A stretch of DNA of 63,773 nucleotides, filler included, from Asterionella formosa (lineage: Eukaryota): assembly GCA_002256025.1 (NCBI GenBank). It is 4 parts of 4 records of this genome, joined end to end, with 100 filler letters (N's around TTAATTAATTAA, not from the genome) between each part and the next. Parts side by side here need not be neighbours in the genome. Positions count along the whole stretch, not along the records: positions 31,986 to 47,850 come from NKIB01005239.1; positions 47,951 to 63,773 come from NKIB01005244.1; 2 more parts are not named here. One strand, 5' to 3'. Positions 36,871 through 48,849 of this stretch are shown piece after piece (within the stretch, counting starts at the first letter, position 1; the number at the start of each line of letters is the position of its first letter). Below the pieces are notes generated by a model that saw only the letters and a program-made list of their open reading frames with translations, was not told where the DNA came from and searched no databases. The translations under genes were made by a program, and so were the position numbers.

Positions 36871-37551
36871 AACAGATAATATTAAAAAAGCTCAAAATTA
36901 AATGAGAATGAGTATCCTCGCTCATGGATCCATCAACTCATTCTATTAGTACAGACGATTGGGAATCTCAAACCGGAGTTGGATCTGCGAGATCGCAATG
37001 TGGTGTAAAGAAAAGCGACAGTCAATGATGGCCACTGTGGACGCAAAACAACAATCTTTTTTTCGCGCAATCATAAATTTTACAAGGGTTAGGGTCATCC
37101 GTTGTTCTAGGTCTACATGAGCCTACCCGATGTCCTCAAAATTTGCACCCAGCCATACATACCCTATAAGTGAATCACGTCAACACGTCTGGTCATCGTC
37201 AGTGTCTCAACGAGAACCAACCATCATCATCGTTATCACCCGCCAAAGTTTGCCATTTCTTCGTAAAATTAATGTACATAAAAACTTCCAGTATTGTTTC
37301 ATTTTTTGTCTCATGCATGGGTATCAAATTGCATCACATCACCACCCGTCATCGGCAGTCTTCGTTTATTAGGGCTGGTGTATGTTTTGGTAAATTACTT
37401 CTCCCCTGCACAATTTTAAATCCGCCTTTTGGAGCATCATAGAACTTGAGACTATTACAGTTGCGAAGCTGTTGAGGATTCCGTTCATCGAAAGGCGCTT
37501 GCATAATCAACTCATACGAAGTGAACACCAGGTTTACTGCAAGTCTTCATC

Positions 37552-40191
37552 ATGCCAGGCCACTCTCACCGCTCCGGTGGCTTGAAACAGACTAATAAGA
37601 AGAACAAGCGCACCAAGTCCTCGAAGCGATCTATCAAAGATAGCATGGGTGGCCGCGTTAACAAATCTTCGGCTGGAAGGCAGACTATCGCCCAATCGAA
37701 GGCCGACCGACGCCATTTTCAGCAACAAAAGCGAACGGCGTCTCGCATGGCCGTAGTCAAACGCAACCGTGGCTTGGATGGAGGAGCTCCAACCCCTAGA
37801 GTCATTGGAATTATCAGCTTAGGACAAGACGCGATGGGTATGGAAGAAAGGATGAGGAAGTTCTTGCTCAAGGATGCAGATGATGTATTTTTCAACAAGG
37901 GGACTGTTACTGCCAAATTCGAAGTCCACAAGAAGATGGGGTGTTTGACATTTCTGACCAATTCAACTGCGTTCGGTCCACACTATGATGATAGCGACGA
38001 CTCTGCTGTATTGAGTGCTCTCGACTTGTGCCGTGTGTGTGATATGATACTATTTGTTGTGGACGGCAACGGACCGGATCCGAAAAATAACTTGATGGGT
38101 ATGAATATTGGTGATGGTAACAAGACAACCTCTGCATCCGTCGGTTGCCAAAATTTTGACCATTTGATCAGTAAACGTGGCGATCGTATTATCTCTTCAA
38201 TCAAAGCGCAAGGACTACCTACTCCCCTTACTATCTTGGCCAAAACTTTGAAGGATGAACAAGACGAAGATTTTATGACCGTGCAATCCACGAAGAGTGT
38301 TCGTCGATCGGCCTTGAAACGAAAATCAGAATTGAAACAGTATATGATGCGATTTGCGGCTACCGAATTCGGTGTCGAAAAGGACAAAGTCATGGAAATA
38401 GACTTGACTGAAATGGACGAAGAGGAAATGGAAGCAGATGAAGCGGAACACCCAGTGCATCGATTGGCCGGTGCAGCTTTGATCCGAACGCTTTGCACAA
38501 TGGCGGCGTCACCCCCGAATTGGATTACTGAGTCCCCACGAAACTTCATTCTTTCTGACTCTCATGAGTATAATTCCGAGCGGCAAGAGCTTCAATTGAC
38601 CGGATACATTAGGGGCAGCACACCTTTTAATGTCAATTCACTTCTTCATTTTCCTAATCTTGGCACTTTTGCTTGCAAGATCGTCATGAGTGCAAATAAC
38701 CCTCTCTCCTCCAAAAAAAAAGGAAATTTCGAAGGCAAAAACATCCTTGAGTCAGATACCATGAAGCGAGAAAGCTTGGATATGTTTGCGACTCCCGATG
38801 CACTTGACGGCGAACAGAATTTGGTTGGATTTGATGAAGAAGACCCGGACGACAACGCGGAGAACACCGAAGAAAGTGGATCATTTCGACCTGCTGGCTG
38901 GTCAGACTACCAATCGTCTTGGCTTGATGCTGTTGATGGAGATGTCAGTGTTGGCGAAGGGGAGCTCGACCGCGGCGAACTCGCCAAGTCATTGAATCAG
39001 AAGTCAACTCATTCAGTCGCAACTGGTATCGAGTCCATGGATGACGATGGCGATGTTTCTCCAGAGGAGCGAGCGTTGCTATTACATCAGCGAAGAAAAG
39101 ATCAAAAGGACGCACTCGAGTTCCCCGATGAACTTGAAATCACAGAAGATGTGCAAGCCCAAAACAGACTTGCTCGATACAGGTCAATAAAGAGTTTTCG
39201 CAAATCTTTCTGGGATCCAAAGGAAAACCTTCCTGAGGACTACAGTCAAGTTTATCACTTCAAGAGTTTCCGGGGTACGCAACGCAATGTTATGGCGGAT
39301 ATGAAGGACATTTCAGCTGCTGCCAACATTGTCAGCGGAAAATTCTGGGGAGAGTCTCCAAAGACTCAGTCTGGAATGGAAGAGGACAGTGAAAACGAGG
39401 ATCCATTGGAAGCATGCATTCCGTCGGGTTCCTATGTGACAATATGTGTTGAGAGAGTTCACCTTGAATCTTATGCTAAGCTGTCGACTGAAGCCGTCAT
39501 TGCTGCTGTAGTGTTGCTCCCACATGAGAACAAAGTCTCCGTTCTCCATATGGGACTCAGCCAATCCACAAGCTGTCAACAATCTGACGAAATTCCAGTA
39601 AAGAGCAAGGATGTACTAACATTCCGATGTGGATGGCGAACCTGGAAGGGTAGACCCATCTTTAGTCAGAATAACCTTAACAGTGATAAGCACAAGTTTG
39701 AGCGGTTCCTTCCTCGAGGAGGGGCCTTCTTTGCAGCCAGTGTTTATGGCCCTGTTACCTACACCCCTTGCCCAGTTCTTGTCTTTCGCGAAGGCATCTC
39801 TGATCACAGAGAGCTTGTTGCCATGGGTTCGATGCTTCCAGCAGATGCTGATCGTATCGTCTTGAAGCGAATCGTGCTCACGGGATACCCAGTTCGAGTG
39901 CACAAGCGTCATGCAACTGTTAAGTATATGTTCTATAACCCCGATGATGTCAACTGGTTTAAGCCAGCTGGACTAGTTACAAAACATGGATTGAATGGAA
40001 ATATCATTGAAAGTGTCGGCGAGCACGGTACAATGAAGTGCCTATTCAATGCCCCGATCAAGCAACATGATACTGTCTGTCTTCCCCTCTACAAGAGAAT
40101 CTATCCTAAGTTTGCAAACACTATGCCGGCAACAGATGATGGTGTCTCGGTTCGTTCCTCAAAACAACGTGAGCGTCTTATCGTTTTGTAA
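37552..40191 (+). CDS. TSR1: Pre-rRNA-processing protein TSR1 (40S biogenesis factor)
   Basis: N-terminal HRSGGLKQTNKK, AQGLP, GYIRG, EFPDE, RLARYRSIKSFRKSFWDPKENLPEDY, LLPHENKVSV, RIVLKRIVLTGYP, KYMFYNPDDVNWFKP and YKRIYPK. Single 879-aa ORF. Confidence 0.95.
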   Translation: MPGHSHRSGGLKQTNKKNKRTKSSKRSIKDSMGGRVNKSSAGRQTIAQSKADRRHFQQQKRTASRMAVVKRNRGLDGGAPTPRVIGIISLGQDAMGMEERMRKFLLKDADDVFFNKGTVTAKFEVHKKMGCLTFLTNSTAFGPHYDDSDDSAVLSALDLCRVCDMILFVVDGNGPDPKNNLMGMNIGDGNKTTSASVGCQNFDHLISKRGDRIISSIKAQGLPTPLTILAKTLKDEQDEDFMTVQSTKSVRRSALKRKSELKQYMMRFAATEFGVEKDKVMEIDLTEMDEEEMEADEAEHPVHRLAGAALIRTLCTMAASPPNWITESPRNFILSDSHEYNSERQELQLTGYIRGSTPFNVNSLLHFPNLGTFACKIVMSANNPLSSKKKGNFEGKNILESDTMKRESLDMFATPDALDGEQNLVGFDEEDPDDNAENTEESGSFRPAGWSDYQSSWLDAVDGDVSVGEGELDRGELAKSLNQKSTHSVATGIESMDDDGDVSPEERALLLHQRRKDQKDALEFPDELEITEDVQAQNRLARYRSIKSFRKSFWDPKENLPEDYSQVYHFKSFRGTQRNVMADMKDISAAANIVSGKFWGESPKTQSGMEEDSENEDPLEACIPSGSYVTICVERVHLESYAKLSTEAVIAAVVLLPHENKVSVLHMGLSQSTSCQQSDEIPVKSKDVLTFRCGWRTWKGRPIFSQNNLNSDKHKFERFLPRGGAFFAASVYGPVTYTPCPVLVFREGISDHRELVAMGSMLPADADRIVLKRIVLTGYPVRVHKRHATVKYMFYNPDDVNWFKPAGLVTKHGLNGNIIESVGEHGTMKCLFNAPIKQHDTVCLPLYKRIYPKFANTMPATDDGVSVRSSKQRERLIVL

Positions 40192-40275
40192 AGGATGAGA
40201 ATATTTAAAATAGAGATGAAAGTTTTTCATAATCATTGTCGCCAATTACAGCGAATAGCCCGTCGGGGCAAAACT

Positions 40276-42194
40276 CTAGGCTCGTGTCCACACTGGTGCC
40301 TCACCTGGCACGCCGTTTCCTGTTACAAAAAACTCATCAAAGACACCTGCGTCTCCAACAATGATTTTCGAGCCAAGTCTGGCAACCGCAAGTTTCAGAG
40401 CATATGCAAGTCGATCTCGTTCCACTTCACTGCCAGCTTCAAACAACATCTTCTGGTCGAGGGAATGAACAAGCAAGCACTTATTACGGGGAGCCAAAGG
40501 ATAGTGACTGCGATTGACTTTTTTGACTTCAATAACACGAGTAATGTAAAGAAGATCAACATTGTAAAGCGTCGTTGAAATGTCAGACAGTGCTCCTTTC
40601 TGATCTACTTTTGATACCTGCTGCCAGTACAGCTTGGGTTGAATCACCATTTCCCTGAGTTGCTGGCCCCTTTCGATCCAAGCCTTGATTCCTATTGGAC
40701 GGCTTTGAATACAATTGATGTCGGAGGTGCATGGGTGCCAAATCAATGTGAATCGCTCATTCAAAAGTTCCTGGGGTAGGAACGAGGACACGTTAGTGTG
40801 TGTGATCTTGCGATGGTGAGCATTCATGAAAAATTACATACCTGCACAAGAATCTTAGCCAACTCATCGTCTTGAACAGTCGCGAGATTGTTGACAGGAA
40901 TGGGCTCTTGTTGCGCCTGTGAAAGGCGCTCGTCGAGAGCACCTTGCTTCAAGAAGGTTGACGTTCTACGTCGATTGCCGTTCGGACTTGGTCTGCGTCG
41001 AGTGGTTTCTTCTGGGTCAGAATCGTAACAAGTTTCATCATCAAAAAGGCCTCGAGAACGAATCACAAATGGGGATTCGACAGGTTTATGTTGATGTGTA
41101 CATTGCTGATGAACTGACTCCCACACACTCACAGCGGCATGTACAGTACTACGTTCCTCTCGTACAGTAAGGAGGGGCAATGCATTGAGCGCTTCTTTTC
41201 GACTTGGTTGATCAGAGAGGCAAAATGAACGATTCAGGCCCAAAGGAACGGAGTGATGTAGTTTCTTCTCCGGCGTCACTTCAAATGGGCAGAGATCTCC
41301 TTTTAACTTTTTGATCCTCGTCGTTTTGGCATTCATGTCAAATGCGCGATTGCGAAGGACTTGTTTCACATTTTCTTTCACGTCCCGTGATAGCTCGTTG
41401 CTTTCATTCATGTCAAAGTAAGTCCATGCCTGCCAGCTACTGCACCAGTCTTCAGACCCAATCGGACGTGCCAAAAGGACAGAAATAGTGTCTTGAATTG
41501 CGTCCTTCCGACGCAAGACAGTCACGTTTTCGTCCCCATTGTTACAGAAGGATGTGGTCTCAGATCCGCAACACAAATCGGATATCAACGATCGGCAAGG
41601 CTCCGGGGTTCTGATTGGTGTTGCATCCGAGTCAAGCAGAGAATTTTTCGGGAAACCATACCGGTTGAACTCAGGGGTTCTTGCAATTTTCAACATGTTG
41701 TCCAGCTGCACCTTGATCGGGGAAGTGACGGCCTTTCTTGGAATCCTTGACGGTGTTGGATAAGGCGATGCGGCGAGGGAATTGAGCTGCACTTCGAATC
41801 CATCATTTTCCATTGCAACGACTAAGCCATAGCGACAAAATAAGTTCTGCGGGACAGATTCGGGGTTTTGTGATGTGAGATCTGATTGGCTCTGATAGTG
41901 AACAAACATATTCTGAAAAGTATTTTCCTGCTCATGTTGAGCGCTCTCGTCTGACGAGCCCTCGTCCCCGCCATGTTTTGTCTTCTTTTCTGGTGTGTGC
42001 AGTGCCATTTGTTGAACAACAGAGACAGGAGAAGTCTTGTGGAAGTGTTGTTGCTGTCGACCTTCTGAAGACGTTGACGACAAACGGATATCCGACAAGC
42101 CGGTACAGAGGTCGTCCTCTGGACACACGACTATCGCGTCTGAAGCATGTTCGCACACGTGAACATGCTGAGTACGAAAGGAGTATCGATCCAT
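40276..42194 (-). CDS. Hypothetical protein with a disordered N-terminus and a C-terminal PH-like domain
   Basis: Exons 42194-40842 and 40770-40276 joined by a phase-0 GTATGT...CAG intron. The C-terminal VDLLYITRV...CLLVHSLDQKMLFEAGSEVERDRLAYALKL fits the end of a PH fold. Confidence 0.7.
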
Positions 42195-42988
42195 GTCGAA
42201 TGTTGGTTCAGGGAAATATCGGCCTGACTCAAGCAAGCGTGTTGGCCAATCAAAACAGCGGTGCTTGTAAGAGGTGCCCTCCGATGTTTATAAAATAATT
42301 TGAACAGCTCTAGCGCCAAGTAATCTACCTGCATTCGCAGAATAGTTGTCAATCAAAAGTTGCAGGGTCGATCGAAGGAAAATACGATGAACGCTTGTGA
42401 CCGGTCAGCCCGTTTTTAAAATGTCGTGGCGGCGAGCTTCACAACAGAGCAACAGAGTATCGGAACTATTGAATTATTGTCGACACGGCGCAAAAACTTT
42501 TGAATTTGAATTGCATTCCCGGCGCCGGGCAGCCAATATTCACTAAACCAAGTTTCCAAGACATGAATTCAAAATAATTTTGTGATCCCAAAGATGCAGC
42601 TCATGCCAGCGGTTAATTTTTACCGTCTGTCGCTCGAATCTGCAATCGAATCAATCAACGAAAAAATTCTGGGAGCCGATGTACCACCCAAAACAACAAA
42701 AGATTTGTTCCATCTTGTGTTCAACCATTTGAGCCAATTGGATCTTCGTAATACGGAGGAAACGTACCACCACGTACTCATTTCGGGTTACTTGTTGTCT
42801 GGATGCAATCGTGATATAAATGGACGAAGAAGCCGTTGTATGTTGCCAACATCATCGCCGCGGAGCATCCAGGTGTTATAGCGCTAGCATCACTTTGATG
42901 ATTATTGCGTTGGCCTTTTCATGAATTTGTATTGATCAGATCGTCGAATCCATTACACTCCTTTCTTTTGTTGTCAAATCAAGAAACA

Positions 42989-43654
42989 ATGAAGCTCTTC
43001 TTCCCCCTTGTTCTTGTTGCGTCGGCGTCGGCCTTCGCCCCTGTCGTTCCTCAGCAAAGAGCCTTTGGAGCCAGACCCCTTATGATGAGCGATGAACCAG
43101 ACTCAGAACAAGGCGGTGCAATTGTCCCCATCAAGCAGGAGACCGTCGAATTCACCGCTGGTATTATTGGAGGCGTTGTTGGATTGGCGGTGGGGGGACC
43201 TCTCGTTGGAGTGATCGGAGCTGTTACTGCTAACTACCTCTGCAAGAGTGACGGTGATGCCTCTGAAATTGTTGGTGCTGTATCCAAGTCCTCCATTCAG
43301 GTCTACAACTACTTGGCCACGCTTGATAGCAAGTACGAAGTCTTGAACAAGGCGAAGGCCTCCTTGGAGGATGCTTTGAACAAGCTCAAGTCGAATGGAT
43401 CAATTGAGCCCGAATCGATTGCGAAAGTCGAGGCGGCATTGGCCTCCACCAGCGCCAAGATTGGAGAAATTAACGAGGAATACGACTTGGTCGGCGCAAG
43501 TGTCACTGCGCTTGGTGTTGTCGGAGATTTGGTGGAAAAGGCCATCAAGAAGGCTGGAGAACTCAACGAAGAATACATGCTTACCGATAAGGCCTTGGGA
43601 GCTTTGCAAGGCGCTGTTGCTAAAGCAAAAGATGCCGCCACCAAGTCCAGCTAA
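42989..43654 (+). CDS. Nucleus-encoded plastid-targeted protein of unknown function (glycine-rich TM segment, helical C-terminus)
   Basis: MKLFFPLVLVASASA-FAP bipartite signal (ASAFAP) plus transit peptide, hydrophobic GIIGGVVGLAVGGPLVGVIGA segment, and a duplicated EINEEY/ELNEEY motif. Confidence 0.82.
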   Translation: MKLFFPLVLVASASAFAPVVPQQRAFGARPLMMSDEPDSEQGGAIVPIKQETVEFTAGIIGGVVGLAVGGPLVGVIGAVTANYLCKSDGDASEIVGAVSKSSIQVYNYLATLDSKYEVLNKAKASLEDALNKLKSNGSIEPESIAKVEAALASTSAKIGEINEEYDLVGASVTALGVVGDLVEKAIKKAGELNEEYMLTDKALGALQGAVAKAKDAATKSS

Positions 43655-44583
43655 GTAACATGTACCATTACATAGTGGTAACTAACGGAGTGAAGTGAGG
43701 GGACAAGACAAATGCTAAAGGAAGAACAAGTTAGTCTACAGAACTCTACCCCATGTTGTCTTGAAGTGACTTATTTTTCTTGTGGTTTGGCAGAGAACCC
43801 CATGTTGTGACTACGTAGACTACGTGACAAGCAAAATGGCTGTTACTATAGATTTTGATTTATTGCTAGTCTTTCTTGAATGATGTACACCACTGTAATC
43901 ACGATGGAATTCGTCAATTGCTGGCTACATGCAATCCCACAAGAACCGATGCTCTACCCTGCACATACTGCCTATTGCCTCCATGGCTAGAGAAGCAGCT
44001 TTTTGATCCACCTGCTGGTGCTCCATTAGTTACAAGAACACCCCAGACCCATTCATAACCAGTTTCTCCCCTTGCCTCTAGTGAGGGGAACCAGATGCTT
44101 TGAGCAACAAATCTTATGTAAGCAATGAAACAGCCTGGTTTCAATCAGGGTACCAGGTACCACTAGATTGATAAAATATGTGCACTACATGAATAATGAA
44201 AGAAGATACCGGTACTCCAGGTTGATCACTGGTACCAGGTAAACTCTTAGTCTACTATTGTCTACATCTTGAGTGATAAGTGTGCATTCATCAACACATT
44301 TAGACTACTGGTACATAGATATACTTGCTTTCTATTTACTCCCTGTTCCAAAACTGTTGCAATATTATCAGTGAGGAAAAGTACTTAACATCCCATTTCT
44401 GTCCTTGCAACTGTTCCATAATATGAAACAGTACAAATGATGATGCTGGTAAAGTCTTCATTGGTTTTATTTGGACAATCAGGCATGTACTCCCTCTGTT
44501 CTGGTATACTTGCAACCAAACTTTAGATCACTGCCTCTCATGAAGTGCAGGCTCAAATAATTCCCTGGCTAACAGCCCTTCCT

Positions 44584-44983
44584 ATGAGTTTCTTGTCAAT
44601 TCTTGTGGTTCTTTCATCTGTTTGTGGTTCAGTACGTACCGTGTAGGTATGCATGGTGGGATGGAACCTGTCTGTCTGGATCTGATTTGGATGCGTGGAC
44701 ATCTTCAAAAGCCTTACTCAGTTTAATGATGCTGCTGGGTGGATTATGGTCCTTTTGGTCTATCTCCATGAGTTTCTTGTCAATTCTTGTGGTTCTTTCA
44801 TCTGTTTTGCGGTTCAGTATGTGGTGTGGTGTACGTATGGTGGTGGGACGGAAACGGTATGTATGGATCTGATTTGCATGTGTGGACATTGTCAAAAGCC
44901 TTACTCAATTTAATGATGCTGTTGGGTGGATTTTGGTCTATCTCCATGACTTTCTTGTCAATTCTTTTGTCTCTTTCATCTGC
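44584..44983. repeat. Tandem repeat, ~184-nt unit, about 2.2 copies
   Basis: atgagtttcttgtcaattcttgtggttctttcatctg recurs at 44584 and 44768, with a variant at 44947. The intervening tggatctgatttg...caaaagccttactca...tgatgctg blocks also repeat. Confidence 0.85.
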
Positions 44984-45349
44984 TTGTAATGTGTTGTATA
45001 CTCTGTAGCTGCAGTGGCGTTGAAACGAACTCATTTGATTATGTAGTTGTAAATATTCATTGCCTCCATGGTTCATTGACCAAGGTAAATAAGGCAGTAC
45101 AAATCAAATTTTTATATGTATGTGAAACATAGATAATATTCCGGTATATATAAATATTAGAATAATTTGAACTGGTACTCCTATGTATGGATTTAAAACC
45201 ATGCAAAGGTTGAGATACACAACATACTGGTACCAGTACCTGGTACTCTACTTAACTACTTTCCGTAGAGCTGTACAGACCATCTTGAGAGGAATCTATA
45301 ATGTTAGACTACAACAGCATCCTTTAAATTAAACTCCACTTAGTATATA

Positions 45350-45679
45350 AAGCGCTTTAAGACTACTCATTTGCTAGAAGAGTAGACTGTGTAGCGCTTC
45401 CTCACACTACCTGCCAGCCCTGATTTTTATGTACTTATGGACTTCCTTACCAACCCAGGATCATCCCAACAAAAACAAACCTGGTGACTTCGGGTGCTGG
45501 TGTGTGGAGATCAGTACCGGTTTTAATTGTCCATACAGTAATACAGGAACCTGTCTTTTTCATTCATTAGCCCCACCTCCGGAACCCAAGGGACTACATG
45601 AAAAAGAAAGACAGGTGGAGAATGCAGGATTCGAACCCACCACCTATGAAAGCATGGTAACCAACTAAGCAATCCCTCA
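45350..45679 (-). mobile_element. tRNA-derived SINE-like element (full-length copy)
   Basis: Head at 45679-45616 has A box TTGCTTAGTTGG, B box GGTTCGAATCC, an acceptor-like stem and a degenerate anticodon arm containing TTCATA. The body (agcacccgaagtcaccagg...aggaagcgctac...gagtagtcttaaagcgctt) recurs twice nearby on the opposite strand. Confidence 0.55.
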
Positions 45680-45759
45680 AACATGCACAGCATCCTTACT
45701 GAGCACACACGGAAATTCCTGACTCTCATTTAAGAGAGTCTCCACCTTTCCCTGTGGAC

Positions 45760-46040
45760 TAGCGCCTAGAGTCACCAGGTATGTTGGGCTGACACAGGGT
45801 GAATTTTTTTGTTTTCTTCTAAACTCAGGCTTAGTTTAACAGGAAGCGCTATGCGGCCTCCTCTACCAAATATAGAGTGGTCTTAAAGGGCTTAATAAAT
45901 TCAGTTAATAATGATTCCAATGTTCTAGCACCCAAAGTCACTACATTTGTTGGGATGATACTGGGTTGGTAAGTAAGTATATGAAAAACAGGGCTGGTAG
46001 CAGCAGGAAGCACTACGCAGTCTTCCCTTCTAGCAAATGA
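45760..46040 (+). repeat. Two 5'-truncated copies of the SINE-like body
   Basis: ~45760-45893 (agcgcctagagtcaccagg...aggaagcgctatg...gagtggtcttaaagggctt) and ~45925-46040 (agcacccaaagtcac...tgttgggatgatactgggttggtaag...cttctagcaaatga) match the 45350-45500 segment in inverted orientation. Confidence 0.7.
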
Positions 46041-46096
46041 AATTTCTTCAACTGCTTAATATAAGTGATGTTAAATTTCACATGTTCAAGACATGT

Positions 46097-47782
46097 CTAA
46101 GCCTCAGATATCAATTCAGCTTCCACAGCAACTTGCTGTTCTTGTTTTGTGAAGAAGTCCTGTATTCTAAAATGCCAAATCCTCATAGATGTCAAGAATG
46201 TTCGTTCTCCAGAATCAATATTCCACCATGAATTATTAACTTGCTTCCATCCAATTGTTTTCTGAAATAAAATCATGCATCGCTGCCGTCTTGAGCTTAT
46301 CTCATCTTTTGTCACATTTCTTAAAATTTCTGGTACGTTAACAATTCTTGCTTCACTAACTCTCAATATGCATCCTGACCAATCCAGTTCCGGCCACATG
46401 GGTGGAACAAAGTCTGAAACTACCACTGGTATCCCACCTAACGCAAGTATTTCAGCAAATCGAAAACTCCCAACCGATCCTCCACCAGGCGCAAAGGCAA
46501 AGGTTGATTGGAGGAGCATTGGGCCAAAGGTGGAAGGGTGGAGTGAATAATTGCTTTTCCCACCACTATATTCACATTTAGTATCTACCAGCACATCTGC
46601 ATCATCTGTTGTCCAATACTCTGTTGCCAACCATCGATGCTGCCACCACACCTGCGGCCATGGAAATATATTTGCCTTGAATGATAGCAAATACTTTCTT
46701 GGCTCACTTCTACTTTCATCAGTGTTTGGCAGGATGGGAGTACCAAATTCCAGTCTAGCATCACCTCGGATTCGTGTCACTGGAATATCATACCCACGTC
46801 GAATGTTTGAATCAGTCATGGTACTTGTTGCCAATGCAGCATATTTATAATTAATCTTGGAGTTGAAGGGCATATCTGCATGTGACCCAAAACAAGCTGG
46901 AGCATCCCATACAAAGTGATTCTTACCGTCATAGTGGAACTTATTTAAAAACTGTGACACATTAGGGTATGAATCACATGTTACAACCAAAAGGCAAGCG
47001 TCCATTGGATCCAAAGTGCGTTCCCATAGAGTGGGATAGTGCTCTACAACTTCTGTGACCAATTCATTAGCTAGACTTGTATCACTACCATGAGCATATA
47101 GTTTCATTGGTGCTTTTGCTGTCGTTTTGCACTTGGTCATGTTGAAACAAACGTCTAATGATTCACATTGAATTTGCTCATATTTCTCACTCGTTCCAAA
47201 GTGAGTTACAAGATGTTGATGTGAGGTGGTATCAGAGGTGGTATCATGAAAGGTTTGTTGGCGAGGCGGGGTATCCCAGTCCCTGAAATTCATGTCCTTG
47301 CAAATATTATTTCGAAGCAGCGGAGGACACGAATCGCGGCTCACGTGTAATAGGTTTTCTCCACAATCTCGACAGTCCCAATGTGCATTGTACATCGAAC
47401 GCAAGCAACTCTTGCCAACTAATAGGTCATCATGTACAATATCAGCGGAATGGATTAGTTTCTTGCGGTGCACAGCTGTGGAAAGAAATCCCAAATTGCC
47501 AAAAGTTCCTTGCATTGTGGTTGGTGCAGTTGTTCTTGTAGCCGTCATTTTGTTTTCTTCTGATTGGGAGGAGGGTGGCAAGGATTCATTCACCCAACTC
47601 CGGTGGTAGTTGTTTCTACTAGTAGTAGCACCACTACTAGTTGTGAGTACCTGCTCCTCGACTTGAAATAACCTTCTCACAATCGTTCCAAAGCAAGTCC
47701 CGAGACAAACGAAAATTAGCAGTTGCGAGGTTTGGTTCATTCGAAGTTGATGCTGTTTGCGTTTCTTTAACAGTTGCATCAT
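46097..47782 (-). CDS. Exostosin-family (GT47) glycosyltransferase, type II membrane protein
   Basis: N-terminal TM LLIFVCLGTCFGTIV, CFNMTKC, DPMDACLLV, RKYLLSFK, STFAFAPGGGSVGSFRFAEILALGGIPVVVSD...P..ELDW. Confidence 0.88.
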   Translation of the reverse strand: MMQLLKKRKQHQLRMNQTSQLLIFVCLGTCFGTIVRRLFQVEEQVLTTSSGATTSRNNYHRSWVNESLPPSSQSEENKMTATRTTAPTTMQGTFGNLGFLSTAVHRKKLIHSADIVHDDLLVGKSCLRSMYNAHWDCRDCGENLLHVSRDSCPPLLRNNICKDMNFRDWDTPPRQQTFHDTTSDTTSHQHLVTHFGTSEKYEQIQCESLDVCFNMTKCKTTAKAPMKLYAHGSDTSLANELVTEVVEHYPTLWERTLDPMDACLLVVTCDSYPNVSQFLNKFHYDGKNHFVWDAPACFGSHADMPFNSKINYKYAALATSTMTDSNIRRGYDIPVTRIRGDARLEFGTPILPNTDESRSEPRKYLLSFKANIFPWPQVWWQHRWLATEYWTTDDADVLVDTKCEYSGGKSNYSLHPSTFGPMLLQSTFAFAPGGGSVGSFRFAEILALGGIPVVVSDFVPPMWPELDWSGCILRVSEARIVNVPEILRNVTKDEISSRRQRCMILFQKTIGWKQVNNSWWNIDSGERTFLTSMRIWHFRIQDFFTKQEQQVAVEAELISEA

Positions 47783-48849
47783 CGCTTCTTGATGTGGTCA
47801 TTGTACTTTTTGTCAATATACAGAAAGAGGAGTTTATATGAGACTAATATNNNNNNNNNNNNNNNNNNNNNNNNNNNNNNNNNNNNNNNNNNNNTTAATT
47901 AATTAANNNNNNNNNNNNNNNNNNNNNNNNNNNNNNNNNNNNNNNNNNNNGGCAAAGATAGACAAAGATAATAGCATCTGTGTTACAAGAAATACACTAT
48001 CAGCAGTTCCAAAGCTTCTTACTTAGGTAATTCATCTGAATGGGAGGAGAAATTTGTTCCATTGAAGAGGCAGCTGGGAAGTGGAAGTCAGGGTTGTGAT
48101 GATCAATATTTTCGAGATGGTCACAGGACTGTGACATAACCGATCAGTAGTTCGCCTCGACTATTAAGTAAAGAAGTTGCTCTAATTACTACTTTTGATT
48201 CCACCTATATAAGTACTATGACTAGTGTAGGAGAAGAATGGAAGTCACGAAACTGGAGAAGAAAAACTAGAGATGAAGGTGTCGGAAAGAAGCAGCAACT
48301 ACTAGATGGGTTATACTGTAGAAGGAGGGAATTGAGGAATGTGGTATTCATATTGCAGTTGTTGAATAATTATGCTGTAAGTGGAATGATATGTACCTTA
48401 CTTCCGGTATTTACATATCCTTGGGAACGAATTATTACACTTTACGATAGTCCAGAGTCAAGACCTAGTTCATATCTATCCAAGAAGCATTCGGATCTCA
48501 AGGCGCAGAGAGGCAGGGGCGATGTGAGAAATCATAGCTGAACTACAGATTGTTACTGGTCACCGATGGCATCACATCTAAAATCGTTGATTCAATATAC
48601 TAGATCACATATATTGTACCAGTATGTATATCCAAAGTGATTCTAACCCATAATGGTGAAAGTAGCAAGCTGTACAAGGCATGAGCTTTCTACTAGTACT
48701 GCCCTGTGGGCAGGTAGATTTTTAGCTTATTGCGGCAGGATTATTCATCCAACAATACTCTGACTATGCATGAATAGTATTGTTCCTTGTCCACTGCATT
48801 ATTCAAGTTCATTCACGTTCATACCATTCCAACTCAAGCTAAGCAACTC

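Noticed and set aside
44584..44983. CRISPR-like array, or the overlapping short ORFs in this repeat
   Set aside because: Whole ~184-nt units repeat with no unique spacers, there are no cas genes, and the context is eukaryotic. The ORFs are by-products of the repeat.
45616..45679. Functional tRNA gene
   Set aside because: The T-arm and A/B boxes are present, but the anticodon stem cannot form and the length is short. Treated as a SINE head or pseudo-tRNA.
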